Positions 14,921-31,094 of a stretch of 64,000 nt of DNA are shown piece by piece. The stretch lies in the NCBI GenBank assembly GCA_964016885.1, contig OZ024742.1:88908001-88972000 (forward strand). The letters run 5' to 3'. Source of the stretch: Eledone cirrhosa. Taxonomy: Eukaryota. Numbering within the stretch: position 1 is the first letter of the stretch; the number at the start of each line of letters is the position of its first letter. The notes below the pieces were generated by a model, which did no database searches, was not told the origin of the DNA, and saw only the letters and a list, made by a program, of their open reading frames with translations. A program made the position numbers and the translations under genes.

Positions 14921-14971
<51 letters not shown>

Positions 14972-15677
14972 GGGGTCCCTAAAAATGTATACACCATTCT
15001 AATATATATATTGCCTGTACAGGTAATCAAAGTATGTATACATTTTTCGGAGAAACCATATGTATATATACCTGGGTCCTGAAAAATGTATACACCATTC
15101 TAATATATATATTGGTTATACAGGTAATCAAAGTGTGTATACATTATTCGGGGAAACCATATATATATAAAGGGATCCCTAAAAATGTATACACCATTCT
15201 AATATATATATTGCCTGTACAGGTAATCAAAGTGTGTATACATATTTCCTGGACACCATATATATATATATATATATATAACGGTGCCCCTAAAAATGTA
15301 TACAGCATTCTAATATATATATTGCCTCTACAGGTTAACAAAGTGTGTATACATTTTTCGGGGACACCATATATATATATTTATATACCGGGGTCCCTAA
15401 AAATGTATACACCATTCTAATATATATATTGCCTGTACAGATAATCAAAGTGTGTATACATATTTCGGGGACACCATATATATATATAGCGGGGTCCCTA
15501 AAAATGTATACACCATTCTAATGTAAATATTGCCTGTACAGGTAATCAAAGTGTGTATACATTTTTCCTGGACACCATATATATATATATACCGGTGCCC
15601 CAAAAAATGTATGCAGCATTCTAATATATATATTGCCTGTGCAGGTAATCAAAGTGTGTATACATTTTTCGGGGACA

Positions 15678-15712
<35 letters not shown>

Positions 15713-15716
<4 letters not shown>

Positions 15717-16963
15717 CAGGTTTATCAAATAATGAATAAGTTTGAAAATAAATTTTAAAAAATTGACTTTACTTACTATAGTTACCTTTACCGAATTGGT
15801 TTCGAATCTCAAAAATAAACGGAGACCATACGGCCTTCGTTGCAAAGAAAGATTCTCGTCAGAAGTTTCTTTTCATTCGAAGAATATAAAATTCTTGAAT
15901 TTAAATTACGAACTAGCGCTATCCAAAACTGTTCCCGAGATGACAGTGAATGAAGTGGAATCAATTTTTTCAAGGGCCGACGTAAAGATAGAGGCAGAGG
16001 GAGGTTGGCCAAACGGCCAACATCATCACTAGCAGCAGTCGGAACGACCAAATTTTTTTTCTCAACATAGAGGAGTATAGTAATAATAGGATGTGTGTTC
16101 CTACACGCACAAAGCGCTAAGTGACACATGTATTATCCAACCATATGCCAATGTGGTTCAAAGGCAGGTTAATAAATTAACGAGCCAGAACATATATAAT
16201 CAGGTTTAGCAAATAATGAAAATGTTTCAAAATAAATTTTAAAAAATTGACTTTTCTTACTATAGTTACTTTTACCGAATCGGTTTCGAATCTCAAAAAT
16301 ATACAGAGACCATACGGCCTTCGTTGCAAAGAAAGATTCTCGTCAGAAGTTTCTTTTCATTCGAAGAATATAAAATTCTTGAATTTAAATTACGAACTAG
16401 CGCTATCCAAAACTGTTCCCGAGATGACAGTGAATGAAGTGGAATCAATTTTTTCAAGGGCCGAAGTAAAGATAGAGGCAGAGGGAGGTAGGTCAAACGG
16501 CCATCACTATCACTAGCAGCAGTGGTAACGACCACATTTTTTTTCTCAACATAGAGGAGTATAGTAATAATAGGATATTTGTTCCTACACGCACAAAGCC
16601 CTCAGGGACACATGTATTGTCCAACCATATGCCAAAGTGGTTCAATGGCAGGTTAATAAATTAACGAGCCAGAACATATATAATCAGGTTTAGCAAATAA
16701 TGAAAAAGTTTCAAAATAAATTTTAAAAAATTGACTTTACTTACTATATTTACCTTTACCGAATCGGTTTCGAATCTCAAAAATAAACGGAGACCATACG
16801 GCCTTCGTTGCAAAGAAAGATTCTCGTCAGAAGGTTCTTTTTATTGGAAGAAAATAAAATTCCTGAATTTAAATTACGAACTAGCGCTATCCAAAACTGT
16901 TCCCGAGATGAGAGTAAATGAAATGGAATCAATTTTTTCAAGTGCCGAAATAAAGATAGAGAT
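15713..16963. repeat. 484-bp unit block A2
   Basis: Near-identical to A1, offset 5125 bp. Confidence 0.95.
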
Positions 16964-17050
16964 ACCGAGGTCCCTAAAAATGTATACACCATTCTAATAT
17001 ATATATTGTCTGTACAGGTAATCAAAGTCTATATACATTTTTCGGGGACA

Positions 17051-17094
<44 letters not shown>

Positions 17095-18618
17095 GGGTCC
17101 GTAAAAATGTATACACCATTCTAATATATATATCGCCTGTACAGGTAATCAAAGTGTGTATACATTTTTCATGGACACCATATATATATATATATATATA
17201 TATAACGGTGCCCCTAAATATGTATACACCATTCTAATATATATATTGCCTGTACGGGTAATCAAAGTGTGTATAAATTTTTCGGGGACACCATATATAT
17301 ATATATATATACCGGGGTCCCTAAAAATGTATACACCATTCTAATATATATATTGCCTGTACAGATAATCAAAGTGTGTATACATATTTCGGGGACACCA
17401 TATATATATATACCGGGTCCCTAAAAATGTATACATCATTCTAATATATATATTGCCTGTACAGGTAATCAAAGTGTGTATACATTTTCGGGGAAAACAT
17501 ATATATATATACCTGGGTCATGAAAAATGTATACACCATTCTAATATATACATTGCCTGTACAGGTAATCAAAGTGTGTATACATTTTTCGGGGAAACCA
17601 TATATATATATACCTGGGTCCGGAAAAATGTATACACCATTCTAATATATATATTGGTTGTACACGTATTCAAAGTGTGTATACATTTTTGCGGAACACC
17701 ATATATATATATATATATATATATACCGGTGTCCCAAAAAATGTATACAACATGCTAATATATATATTGCCTGTACAGGTAATCATAGTGTGTATACATT
17801 TTTCGTGGACACCATATATATATATATATATATACCGGGGTCCCTAAAAACGTATACATCACTCTAATATATATATTGCCTGTACAGGTAATCAAAGTGT
17901 GTATACATTTTTCGGAGAAACCATATATATATATACAGGGGTCCCTAAAAATGTTTACACCATTCTAATATATATATTGGTTGTACAGGTAATTAAAGTG
18001 TGATTAGATTTTTCCGGGACACTATATATATATACCAGTGTCCCTAAAAATGTATACAGCATTCTAATATATATGTGCCTGTACAGGTAATCAGAGTGTA
18101 TATACAATTGTCGGGGAAACCATATAAATATATACCTTGGTCCTGAAAAATGTCTTCACCATTCTAATATATATCTGGGTTGTACAGGTAATCAAAGTGT
18201 GTTTACATTTTTCCGGGACACCATATATATATATACCGGTGTCCCTAAAAATGTATACACCATTCTAATACATATATTCCCTGTACAGGTAATCAAAGCG
18301 TGTATACATTTTTCGGGGACACCATATATATATACCGGTGTCCCTAAAAATGTATACACCATTCTAATATATATATTGCCTGTACAGGTAATCAAAGTAT
18401 GTATACATTTTTCGGGGACACCATATGTATATATACCTGGGTCCTGAAAAATGTATACACTATTCTAATATATATATTGGTTATACTCAAAGTGTGTATA
18501 CATTTTTCCGGGACACCATATATATATATATACCGGGGTCCCTAAAAAGGTATACACCATTCTAATATATATATTGCCTGTACAGGTAATCAAAGTGTGT
18601 ATACATTTTTCTGGAACA

Positions 18619-18659
<41 letters not shown>

Positions 18660-19159
18660 CCGGTGTCCCGAAAAATGTATACAGTATTCTAATATAAATA
18701 TTGCCTGTACAGGTAATCAAAGTATGTAGAGATTTTTCGGGCCCACCATATATATATATATATATATATATACCGGGGTCCCTAAAAATGTATACACCAT
18801 TCTAATATATATATTGCCTGTACAGGTAATCAAAGTGTGTATACATTTTTCGGGGACACCATATGTATATATACCTGGGTCATGAAAAATGTATACACTA
18901 TTCTAATATATATATATTGGTTATACTCAAAGTGTGTATACATTTTTCGGGTACACCATATATATATACCGAGGTGCCTAAAAATGTATACACCATTCTA
19001 ATATATATATTGCCTGTACAGGTAATCAAAGTGTGTATACATTTTTCCTGGACACCATATATATATATATATACCGGTGCCCCTAAAAATGTATACAGCA
19101 TTCTAATATATATATTGCCTGTACAGGTAATCAAAGTGTGTATACATTTTTCGGGGACA

Positions 19160-19194
<35 letters not shown>

Positions 19195-19198
<4 letters not shown>

Positions 19199-20139
19199 CA
19201 GGTTTAGCAAATAATGAAAAAGTTTCAAAATAAATTTCTCAACGTAGAGGAGTATAGTAAAAATAGGTTATGTGTTCCTACACGCACAAAGCGCTCAGGG
19301 ACACATGTATTGTCCAACCATATGCCAATGTGGTTCAATGGCAGGTTGATAAATTAACAAGCCACAACATATATAATCAGGTTTAGCAAATAATGAAAAA
19401 GTCTCAAAATAAATTTTAAAAATTGACTTTACTTACTATAGTTACCTTTACCGAATCGGTTTCGAATCTCAAAAGTAAACGGAGACCATACGGCCTTCGT
19501 TGCAAAGAAAGATTCTCGTCAGAAGGTTCTTTTCATTCGAAGAATATAAAATTCTTGAATTTAAATTACGAACTAGCGCTATCCAAAACTGTTCCCGAGA
19601 TGAGAGTAAATGAAGTGGAATCAATTTTTTAAAGGGCCGAAGTAAATATAGAGGCAGAGGGAGGTAGGTCAAACGGCCATCTCCACTACTAGCAGCAGTC
19701 GGAACGACCAAATTTTTTTTCTCAACATAGAGGAGTATAGTAATAATAGGATATGTGTTCCTACACGCACAAAGCGCTCAGGGACACATGTGTTGTCCAA
19801 TCATATGCCAATGTGTTTCAATGGCAGGTTAATAAATTAACGAGCCAGAACATATATAATCAGGTTTAGCAAATAATGAAAAAGTTTCAAAATAAATTTT
19901 AAAAAATTGACTTTACTTGCTTTATTTACCTTTACTGAATCGGTTTCGAATCTCAAAAATAAACGGAGACCATACGGCCTTCGTTGCAAAGAAAGATACT
20001 CGTCAGAAAGTTATTTTTATTGGAAGAATATAAAATTCTTGAAATTAAATTACGAACTAGCGCTTCCAAAGCTGTTCCCGAGATGAGAGTAAATGAAGTG
20101 GAATCAATTTTTTCAAGTGCCGAAGTAAAGATAGAGATA
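19195..20139. repeat. 484-bp unit block B2
   Basis: Near-identical to B1 including the deleted copy, offset 5561 bp. Confidence 0.93.
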
Positions 20140-20225
20140 CCGAGGTCCTTAAAAATGTATACACCATTCTAATATATATATTGCCTGTACAGATAATCAA
20201 AGTGTGTATACATTATTTGTGGAAA

Positions 20226-20278
<53 letters not shown>

Positions 20279-20475
20279 GAGGTCCCTCAAAATGTATGCA
20301 CCATTCTAGTATATATATTATCTGTACAGGTAATCAAAGTGTATATACATTTTTCGGGGACACCATATATATATATATATATATATATACCGGGGTCCGT
20401 AAAAATGTATACACGATTCTAATATATATATTGCCTGTACAGATACTCAAAGCATGTATACATTTTTCGGGGACA

Positions 20476-20532
<57 letters not shown>

Positions 20533-21238
20533 GGGGTCCCTAAAAATGTATACACCATTCTAATATATATATTGCCTGTACAGGTAATCAAAGTATGTAT
20601 ACATTTTTCGGACAAACCATATGTATATATACCTGGGTCCTGAAAAATGTATACACCATTCTAATATATATATTGGTTATACAGGTAATCAAAGTGTGTA
20701 TACATTATTCGGGGAAACCATATATATATAAAGGGATCCCTAAAAATGTATACACCATTCTAATATATATATTGCCTGTACAGGTAATCAAAGTGTGTAT
20801 ACATATTTCCTGGACACCATATATATATATATATATATATAACGGTGCCCCTAAAAATGTATACAGCATTCTAATATATATATTGCCTCTACAGGTTAAC
20901 AAAGTGTGTATACATTTTTCGGGGACACCATATATATATATTTATATACCGGGGTCCCTAAAAATGTATACACCATTCTAATATATATATTGCCTGTACA
21001 GATAATCAAAGTGTGTATACATATTTCGGGGACACCATATATATATATAGCGGGGTCCCTAAAAATGTATACACCATTCTAATGTAAATATTGCCTGTAC
21101 AGGTAATCAAAGTGTGTATACATTTTTCCTGGACACCATATATATATATATACCGGTGCCCCAAAAAATGTATGCAGCATTCTAATATATATATTGCCTG
21201 TGCAGGTAATCAAAGTGTGTATACATTTTTCGGGGACA

Positions 21239-21269
<31 letters not shown>

Positions 21270-21273
<4 letters not shown>

Positions 21274-22520
21274 CAGGTTTAGCAAATAATGAATAAGTTT
21301 GAAAATAAATTTTAAAAAATTGACTTTACTTACTATAGTTACCTTTACCGAATTGGTTTCGAATCTCAAAAATAAACGGAGACCATACGGCCTTCGTTGC
21401 AAAGAAAGATTCTCGTCAGAAGTTTCTTTTCATTCGAAGAATATAAAATTATTGAATTTAAATTACGAACTAGCGCTATCCAAAACTGTTCCCGAGATGA
21501 CAATGAATGAAGTGGAATCAATTTTTCCAAGGGCCGACGTAAAGATAGAGGCAGAGGGAGGTTGGCCAAACGGCCAACATCATCACTAGCAGCAGTCGGA
21601 ACGACCAAATTTTTTTTCTCAACATAGAGGAGTATAGTAATAATAGGATGTGTGTTCCTACACGCACAAAGCGCTAAGTGACACATGTATTATCCAACCA
21701 TATGCCAATGTGGTTCAAAGGCAGGTTAATAAATTAACGAGCCAGAACATATATAATCAGGTTTAGCAAATAATGAAAATGTTTCAAAATAAATTTTAAA
21801 AAATTGACTTTTCTTACTATAGTTACTTTTACCGAATCGGTTTCGAATCTCAAAAATATACAGAGACCATACGGCCTTCGTTGCAAAGAAAGATTCTCGT
21901 CAGAAGTTTCTTTTCATTCGAAGAATATAAAATTCTTGAATTTAAATTACGAACTAGCGCTATCCAAAACTGTTCCCGAGATGACAGTGAATGAAGTGGA
22001 ATCAATTTTTTCAAGGGCCGAAGTAAAGATAGAGGCAGAGGGAGGTAGGTCAAACGGCCATCACTATCACTAGCAACAGTGGGAACGACCACATTTTTTT
22101 TCTCAACATAGAGGAGTATAGTAATAATAGGATATTTGTTCCTACACGCACAAAGCCCTCAGGGACACATGTATTGTCCAACCATATGCCAAAGTGGTTC
22201 AATGGCAGGTTAATAAATTAACGAGCCAGAACATATATAATCAGGTTTAGCTAATAATGAAAAAGTTTCAAAATAAATTTTAAAAAATTGACTTTACTTA
22301 CTATATTTACCTTTACCGAATCGGTTTCGAATCTCAAAAATAAACGGAGACCATACGGCCTTCGTTGCAAAGAAAGATTCTCGTCAGAAGGTTCTTTTTA
22401 TTGGAAGAATATAAAATTCCTGAATTTAAATTACGAACTAGCGCTATCCAAAACTGTTCCCGAGATGAGAGTAAATGAAATGGAATCAATTTTTTCAAGT
22501 GCCGAAATAAAGATAGAGAT
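21270..22520. repeat. 484-bp unit block A3
   Basis: Near-identical to A2, offset 5557 bp. Confidence 0.95.
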
Positions 22521-22607
22521 ACCGAGGTCCCTAAAAATGTATACACCATTCTAATATATATATTGCCTGTACGGGTAATCAAAGTGTGTATAAATTTTTC
22601 GGGGACA

Positions 22608-22642
<35 letters not shown>

Positions 22643-22827
22643 GGGGTCCCTAAAAATGTATACACCATTCTAATATATATATTGCCTGTACAGATAATCA
22701 AAGTGTGTATACATATTTCGGGGACACCATATATATATATACCGGGTCCCTAAAAATGTATACACCATTCTAATATATATATTGCCTGTACAGGTAATCA
22801 AAGTGTGTATACATTTTCGGGGAAAAC

Positions 22828-22860
<33 letters not shown>

Positions 22861-23573
22861 TATAACGGGGTCCCTCAAAATGTATACACCATTCTAATAT
22901 ATATATTGCCTGTACAGATAATCAAAGTGTGTATACATTTTTCCGGGACACCATATATATATACCGGGGTCCCTAAAAATGTATACACCATTCTAATATA
23001 TATATTGCCTGTACAGGTAATCAAAGTGTGTATACATTTTTCGGGGACACCATATATATATATATATATATATACCGGGGTCCCTAAAAATGTATACACC
23101 ATTCTAATATATATATTGCCTGTACAGATAATCAAAGTGTGTATACATATTTCGGGGACACCATATATATATATAACGGGGTCCCTAAAAATGTATACAC
23201 CATTTCTAATATATACATATTGCCTGTACAGGTAATCAAAGTGTGTATACATTTTTCGGTGAAATCATATATATATATACCTGGGTCCTGAAAAATGTAT
23301 ACACCATTCTAATATATACATTGCCTGTACAGGTAATCAAAGTGTGTATACATTTTTCGGGGACACCATATATATATACCGGGGTCCCTAAAAATGTATA
23401 CACCATTCTAATATATATATTGCCTGTACAGGTAATCAAAGTGTGTATACATTTTTCCTGGACACCATATATATATATATATATACCGGTGCCCCAAAAA
23501 ATGCATGCAGCATTCTAATATATATATTGCCTGTACAGGTAATAAAAGTGTGTATACATTTTTCGGGGACACC

Positions 23574-23622
<49 letters not shown>

Positions 23623-23626
<4 letters not shown>

Positions 23627-24389
23627 CAGGTTTAGCAAATAATGAAAAAGTTTCAATATAAATTTTAAAAAATTGACTTTACTTACTATAGTTACCTTTA
23701 GCGAATCGGTTTCGAATCTCAAAATTAAACGGAGACCATACGGCCTTCGTTGCAAAGAAAGATTCTCGTCAGAATTTTCTTTTCATTCGAAGAATATAAA
23801 ATTCTTGAATTTAAATTACGAACTAGCGCTATCCAAAACTGTTCCCGAGATGAGAGTAAATGAAGTGGAATCAATTTTTTAAAGGGCCGAAGTAAATATA
23901 GAGGCAGAGGGAGGTAGGTCAAACGGCCATCTCCACTACTAGCAGCAGTCGGAACGACCAAATTTTTTTTCTCAACATAGAGGAGTATAGTAATAATAGG
24001 ATATGTGTTCCTACACGCACAAAGCGCTCAGGGACACATGTGTTGTCCAATCATATGCCAATGTGTTTCAATGGCAGGTTAATAAATTAACGAGCCAGAA
24101 CATATATAATCAGGTTTAGCAAATAATGAAAAAGTTTCAAAATAAATTTTAAAAAATTGACTTTACTTGCTTTATTTACCTTTACTGAATCGGTTTCGAA
24201 TCTCAAAAATAAACGGAGACCATACGGCCTTCGTTGCAAAGAAAGATACTCGTCAGAAAGTTATTTTTATTGGAAGAATATAAAATTCTTGAAATTAAAT
24301 TACGAACTAGCGCTTCCAAAACTGTTCCCGAGATGAGAGTAAATGAAGTGGAATCAATTTTTTCAAGTGCCGAAGTAAAGATAGAGATA
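23623..24389. repeat. 484-bp unit block B3 (full + truncated)
   Basis: B-type variants (TCA>TAA, CTCCACTACTAG) but without the deleted copy. Confidence 0.92.
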
Positions 24390-24475
24390 CCGAGGTCCTT
24401 AAAAATGTATACACCATTCTAATATATATATTGCCTGTACAGATAATCAAAGTGTGTATACATTATTTGGGGAAA

Positions 24476-24520
<45 letters not shown>

Positions 24521-24717
24521 GAGGTCCCTCAAAATGTATGCACCATTCTAGTATATATATTATCTGTACAGGTAATCAAAGTGTATATACATTTTTCGGG
24601 GACACCATATATATATATATATATATATATACCGGGGTCCGTAAAAATGTATACACGATTCTAATATATATATTGCCTGTACAGATACTCAAAGTATGTA
24701 TACATTTTTCGGGGACA

Positions 24718-24764
<47 letters not shown>

Positions 24765-25472
24765 GGAGTCCCTAAAAATGTATACACCATTCTAATATAT
24801 ATATTGCCTGTACAGGTAATCAAAGTATGTATACATTTTTCGGAGAAACCATATGTATATATACCTGGGTCCTGAAAAATGTATACACCATTCTAATATA
24901 TATATTGGTTATACAGGTAATCAAAGTGTGTATACATTATTCGGGGAAACCATATATATATAAAGGGATCCCTAAAAATGTATACACCATTCTAATATAT
25001 ATATTGCCTGTACAGGTAATCAAAGTGTGTATACATATTTCCTGGACACCATATATATATATATATATATATAACGGTGCCCCTAAAAATGTATACAGCA
25101 TTCTAATATATATATTGCCTCTACAGGTTAACAAAGTGTGTATACATTTTTCGGGGACACCATATATATATATTTATATACCGGGGTCCCTAAAAATGTA
25201 TACACCATTCTAATATATATATTGCCTGTACAGATAATCAAAGTGTGTATACATATTTCGGGGACACCATATATATATATATAGCGGGGTCCCTAAAAAT
25301 GTATACACCATTCTAATGTAAATATTGCCTGTACAGGTAATCAAAGTGTGTATACATTTTTCCTGGACACCATATATATATATATACCGGTGCCCCAAAA
25401 AATGTATGCAGCATTCTAATATATATATTGCCTGTGCAGGTAATCAAAGTGTGTATACATTTTTCGGGGACA

Positions 25473-25503
<31 letters not shown>

Positions 25504-25509
<6 letters not shown>

Positions 25510-26755
25510 GGTTTAGCAAATAATGAATAAGTTTGAAATTAAATTTTAAAAAATTGACTTTACTTACTATAGTTACCTTTACCGAATTGGTTTCGAATCT
25601 CAAAAATAAACGGAGACCATACGGCCTTCGTTGCAAAGAAAGATTCTCGTCAGAAGTTTCTTTTCATTCGAAGAATATAAAATTATTGAATTTAAATTAC
25701 GAACTAGCGCTATCCAAAACTGTTCCCGAGATGACAATGAATGAAGTGGAATCAATTTTTTCAAGGGCCGACGTAAAGATAGAGGCAGAGGGAGGTTGGC
25801 CAAACGGCCAACATCATCACTAGCAGCAGTCGGAACGACCAAATTTTTTTTCTCAACATAGAGGAGTATAGTAATAATAGGATGTGTGTTCCTACACGCA
25901 CAAAGCGCTAAGTGACACATGTATTATCCAACCATATGCCAATGTGGTTCAAAGGCAGGTTAATAAATTAACGAGCCAGAACATATATAATCAGGTTTAG
26001 CAAATAATGAAAATGTTTCAAAATAAATTTTAAAAAATTGACTTTTCTTACTATAGTTACTTTTACCGAATCGGTTTCGAATCTCAAAAATATACAGAGA
26101 CCATACGGCCTTCGTTGCAAAGAAAGATTCTCGTCAGAAGTTTCTTTTCATTCGAAGAATATAAAATTCTTGAATTTAAATTACGAACTAGCGCTATCCA
26201 AAACTGTTCCCGAGATGACAGTGAATGAAGTGGAATCAATTTTTTCAAGGGCCGAAGTAAAGATAGAGGCAGAGGGAGGTAGGTCAAACGGCCATCACTA
26301 TCACTAGCAGCAGTGGGAACGACCACATTTTTTTTCTCAACATAGAAGAGTATAGTAAAAATAGGATATTTGTTCCTACACGCACAAAGCCCTCAGGGAC
26401 ACATGTATTGTCCAACCATATGCCAAAGTAGTTCAATGGCAGGTTAATAAATTAACGAGCCAGAACATATATAATCAGGTTTAGCAAATAATGAAAAAGT
26501 TTCAAAATAAATTTTAAAAAATTGACTTTACTTACTATATTTACCTTTACCGAATCGTTTTCGAATCTCAAAAATAAACGGAGACCATACGGCCTTCGTT
26601 GCAAAGAAAGATTCTCGTCAGAAGGTTCTTTTTATTGGAAGAATATAAAATTCCTGAATTTAAATTACGAACTAGCGCTATCCAAAACTGTTCCCGAGAT
26701 GAGAGTAAATGAAATGGAATCAATTTTTTCAAGTGCCGAAATAAAGATAGAGATA
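25504..26755. repeat. 484-bp unit block A4
   Basis: Near-identical to A3, offset 4234 bp. Confidence 0.95.
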
Positions 26756-26841
26756 CCGAGGTCCCTAAAAATGTATACACCATTCTAATATATATATTGC
26801 CTGTACGGGTAATCAAAGTGTGTATAAATTTTTCGGGGACA

Positions 26842-26876
<35 letters not shown>

Positions 26877-27162
26877 GGGGTCCCTAAAAATGTATACACC
26901 ATTCTAATATATATATTGCCTGTACAGATAATCAAAGTGTGTATACATATTTCGGGGACACCATATATATATATACCGGGTCCCTAAAAATGTATACACC
27001 ATTCTAATATATATATTGCCTGTACACGTAATCAAAGTGTGTATACATTTTCGGGGAAAACATATATATATATACCTGGGTCATGAAAAATGTATACACC
27101 ATTCTAATATATACATTGCCTGTACAGGTAATCAAAGTGTGTATACATTTTTCGGGGACACC

Positions 27163-27231
<69 letters not shown>

Positions 27232-27235
<4 letters not shown>

Positions 27236-27998
27236 CAGGTTTAGCAAATAATGAAAAAGTTTCAAAATAAATTTTAAAAAATTGACTTTACTTACTATAG
27301 TTACCTTTAGCGAATCGGTTTCGAATCTCAAAATTAAACGGAGACCATACGGCCTTCGTTGCAAAGAAAGATTCTCGTCAGAATTTTCTTTTCATTCCAA
27401 GAATATAAAATTCTTGAATTTAAATTACGAACTAGAGCTTTCCAAAACTGTTCCCGAGATGACAGTAAATGAAGTGGAATCAATTTTTTAAAGGGCCGAA
27501 GTAAATATAGAGGCAGAGGGAGGTAGGTCAAACGGCCATTCCCATCACTAGCAGCAGTCGGAACGACCAAATTTTTTTTCTCAACATAGAGGAGTATAGT
27601 AATAATAGGATGTGTGTTCCTACACGCACAAAGCGCTAAGGGACACATGTCTTTCCAACCATATGCCAATGTGGTTCAATGGCAGGTTAATAAATTAACG
27701 AGCCAGAACATATATAATCAGGTTTAGCAAATAATGAAAATGTTTCAAAATAAATTTTAAAATATTGACATTTCTTACTATAGTTACCTTTACCGAATCG
27801 GTTTCGAATCTGAAAAATAAACGGAGACCATACGGCCTTCGTTGCAAAGAAAGATTCTCGTCAGAAGGTTCTTTTCATTCGAAGAATATAAAATTCTTGA
27901 ATTTAAATTACGAACTAGCGCTATCCAAAACTGTTCCCGAGATGAGAGTAAATGAAGTGGAATCAATTTTTTCAAGTGCCGAAGTAAAGATAGAGATA
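27232..27998. repeat. 484-bp unit block C (full + truncated)
   Basis: Equivalent positions at 27282 and 27765. Confidence 0.92.
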
Positions 27999-28197
27999 CC
28001 GAGGTCCCTAAAAATGTATACACCATTCTAATATATATATTGCCTGTACAGATAATCAAAGTGTGTATACATTTTTCGGGGAAACCATATATATATATAT
28101 ATATATATATACCGGGGTCCCTCAAAATGTATGCACCATTCTAATATGTATATTGTCTGTACAGGTAATCAAAGTGTATATACATTTTTCGGGGACA

Positions 28198-28264
<67 letters not shown>

Positions 28265-28654
28265 GGGGTCCGTAAAAATGTATACACGATTCTAATATAT
28301 ACATTGCCTGTACTGGTAATCAAAGTGTGTATACATTTTTCCGGGACACCATATATATATTTACCGGTGTCCCTAAAAATGTATACACCATTCTAATATA
28401 TATATTGCCTGTACAGGTAATCAAAGTGTGTATACATTTTTCGGGGAAACCATATATATATATACCGGGGTCCCTAAAAATGTATACCCCATTCTAATAT
28501 ATATATCGCCTGTACAGGTAATCAAAGTGTGTATACATTTTTCATGGACACCGTGTATATATATATATAACGGTGCCCCTAAAAATGTATACAGCATTCT
28601 AATATATATATTGCCTCTACAGGTAATCAAAGTGTGTATACATTTTTCGGCACA

Positions 28655-28709
<55 letters not shown>

Positions 28710-29018
28710 CCGGGGTCCCTAAAAATGTATACACCATTCTAATATATATATTGCCTGTACAGATAATCAAAGTGTGTATACATATTTCGGGGACACCATA
28801 TATATATATATACCGGTGCTCCAAAAAATGTATACACCATTCTAATATATATATTGCCTGTACAGGTAATCAAAGTGTGTATACATTTTTCCTGGACACC
28901 ATATATATATATATACCGGTGCCCCAAAAAATGTATACAGCATTCTAATATATATATTGCCTGTACAGGTAATCAAAGTGTGTATACATTTTTCGGGGAC
29001 ACCAAATATATATATATA

Positions 29019-29302
29019 TAATCAGGTTTAGCAAATAATGAAACAGTTTGAAAATAAATTTTAAAAAATTGACTTTCCTTACTATAGTTACCTTTACCGA
29101 ATCGGTTTCGAATCTCAAAAATAAACGGAGACCATACGGCCTTCGTTGCAAAGAAAGATTCTCGTCAGGAGTTTCTTTTCATTCGAAGAATATAAAATTC
29201 TTGAATTTAAATTACGAACTAGCGCTATCCAAAACTGTTCCCGAGATAACAGTAAATGAAGTGGAATCAATTTTTTCAAGGGCCGAAATAAAGATAGAGA
29301 TA
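29019..29302. repeat. 484-bp unit, truncated copy only (block D)
   Basis: Same start and same GATAGAGA|TACCGAGGTCCC junction as the other truncated copies. Confidence 0.92.
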
Positions 29303-29388
29303 CCGAGGTCCCTAAAAATGTATACACAATTCTAATATATATATTGCCTGTACAGATAATCAAAGTGTGTATACATTTTTCGGGGAAA

Positions 29389-29422
<34 letters not shown>

Positions 29423-29620
29423 CGGGGTCCCTCAAAATGTATGCACCTTTCTAATATATATATTGTCTGTACAGGTAATCAAAGTGTATATATAATTTTC
29501 GGGGACACCATATATATATATATATATATATATACCGGGGTCCCTCAAAATGTATGCACCATTCTAATATATATATTGTCTGTACAGGTAATCAAAGTGT
29601 ATATACAATTTTCGGGGACA

Positions 29621-29653
<33 letters not shown>

Positions 29654-29739
29654 GGTGTCCCTCAAAATGTATGCACCATTCTAATATATATATTGTCTGT
29701 ACAGGTAATCAAAGTGTATATACATTTTTCGGGGACACC

Positions 29740-29776
<37 letters not shown>

Positions 29777-30942
29777 CCGGGTTCCGTAAAACTGTATACA
29801 CCATTCTAATATATATATTGCCTGTACAGGTAATCAAAGTGTGTATACATTTTTCGGGGAAACCATATATATATATACCTGGGTCCTGAAAAATGTATAC
29901 ACCAAAGTGTGTTTACATTTTCCGGGAACACCATATATATATATATACCGGTGTCCCTAAAAATGTATACACCATTCTAATATATATATTTCCTGTACAG
30001 GTAATCAAAGTGTGTATACATTTTTCGGGGACACCATATATATATAAAGGGATCCCTAAAAATGTATACACCATTCTAATATATATATTGCCTGTACAGG
30101 TAATCAAAGTGTTATACATTTTTCGGGGATACCATATATATATATACCTGAGTCCCTAAAAATGTATACACCATTCTAATATATATATTACCTGTACAGG
30201 TAATCAAAGTGTGTATACATTTTTCGGAGAAATCATATATATATATACATGGGTCCTGAAAAATGTATACACCATTCTAATATATATATTGGTTATACAG
30301 GTAATCAAAGTGTGTATACATTTTTCCGTGACAACATATATATATATATACAGGTGTCCCTAAAAATGTATACACCATTCTAATATATATATTGCCTGTA
30401 CAGATAATCAAAGTGTGTATACATTTTTCAGGGAAACCATATATATATATATACCTGGGTCCTGAAAAATGTATACGCTATTCTAATATATATATATTGG
30501 TTATACAGGTAATCAAAGTGTGAATACATTTTTCCGGGACACCATATATATATATATATATACCGGTGTCCCTAAAAATATATACACCATTCTAATATAT
30601 ATATTGCCTGTACAGGAAATCAAAGTGTGTATACATTTTTCGGGGAAACCATATATATATATACCTGGGTCCTGAAAAATGTATACACCATTCTAATATA
30701 TATATATTGGTTGTACAGGTAATCAAAGTGTGTTTACATTTTTCGGGAACACCATATATATATATATACCGGTGTCCCTAAAAATGTATACACCATTCTA
30801 ATATATATATTGCCTGTACACGTAATCAAAGTATGTATACATTTTCAGGGACACCATATATATATATGCCGGGGTCCCTCATTCTGATATATATATTGGT
30901 TGTACAGGTAATCAAAGTGTATATTCATTTTTCGGGGACACC

Positions 30943-30976
<34 letters not shown>

Positions 30977-31063
30977 CGGTGTCCCTAAAAATGTATACAC
31001 CATTCTAATATATATATTGCCTGTACAGGTAATCAAAGTGTATATTCATTTTTCGGGGACACC

Positions 31064-31094
<31 letters not shown>

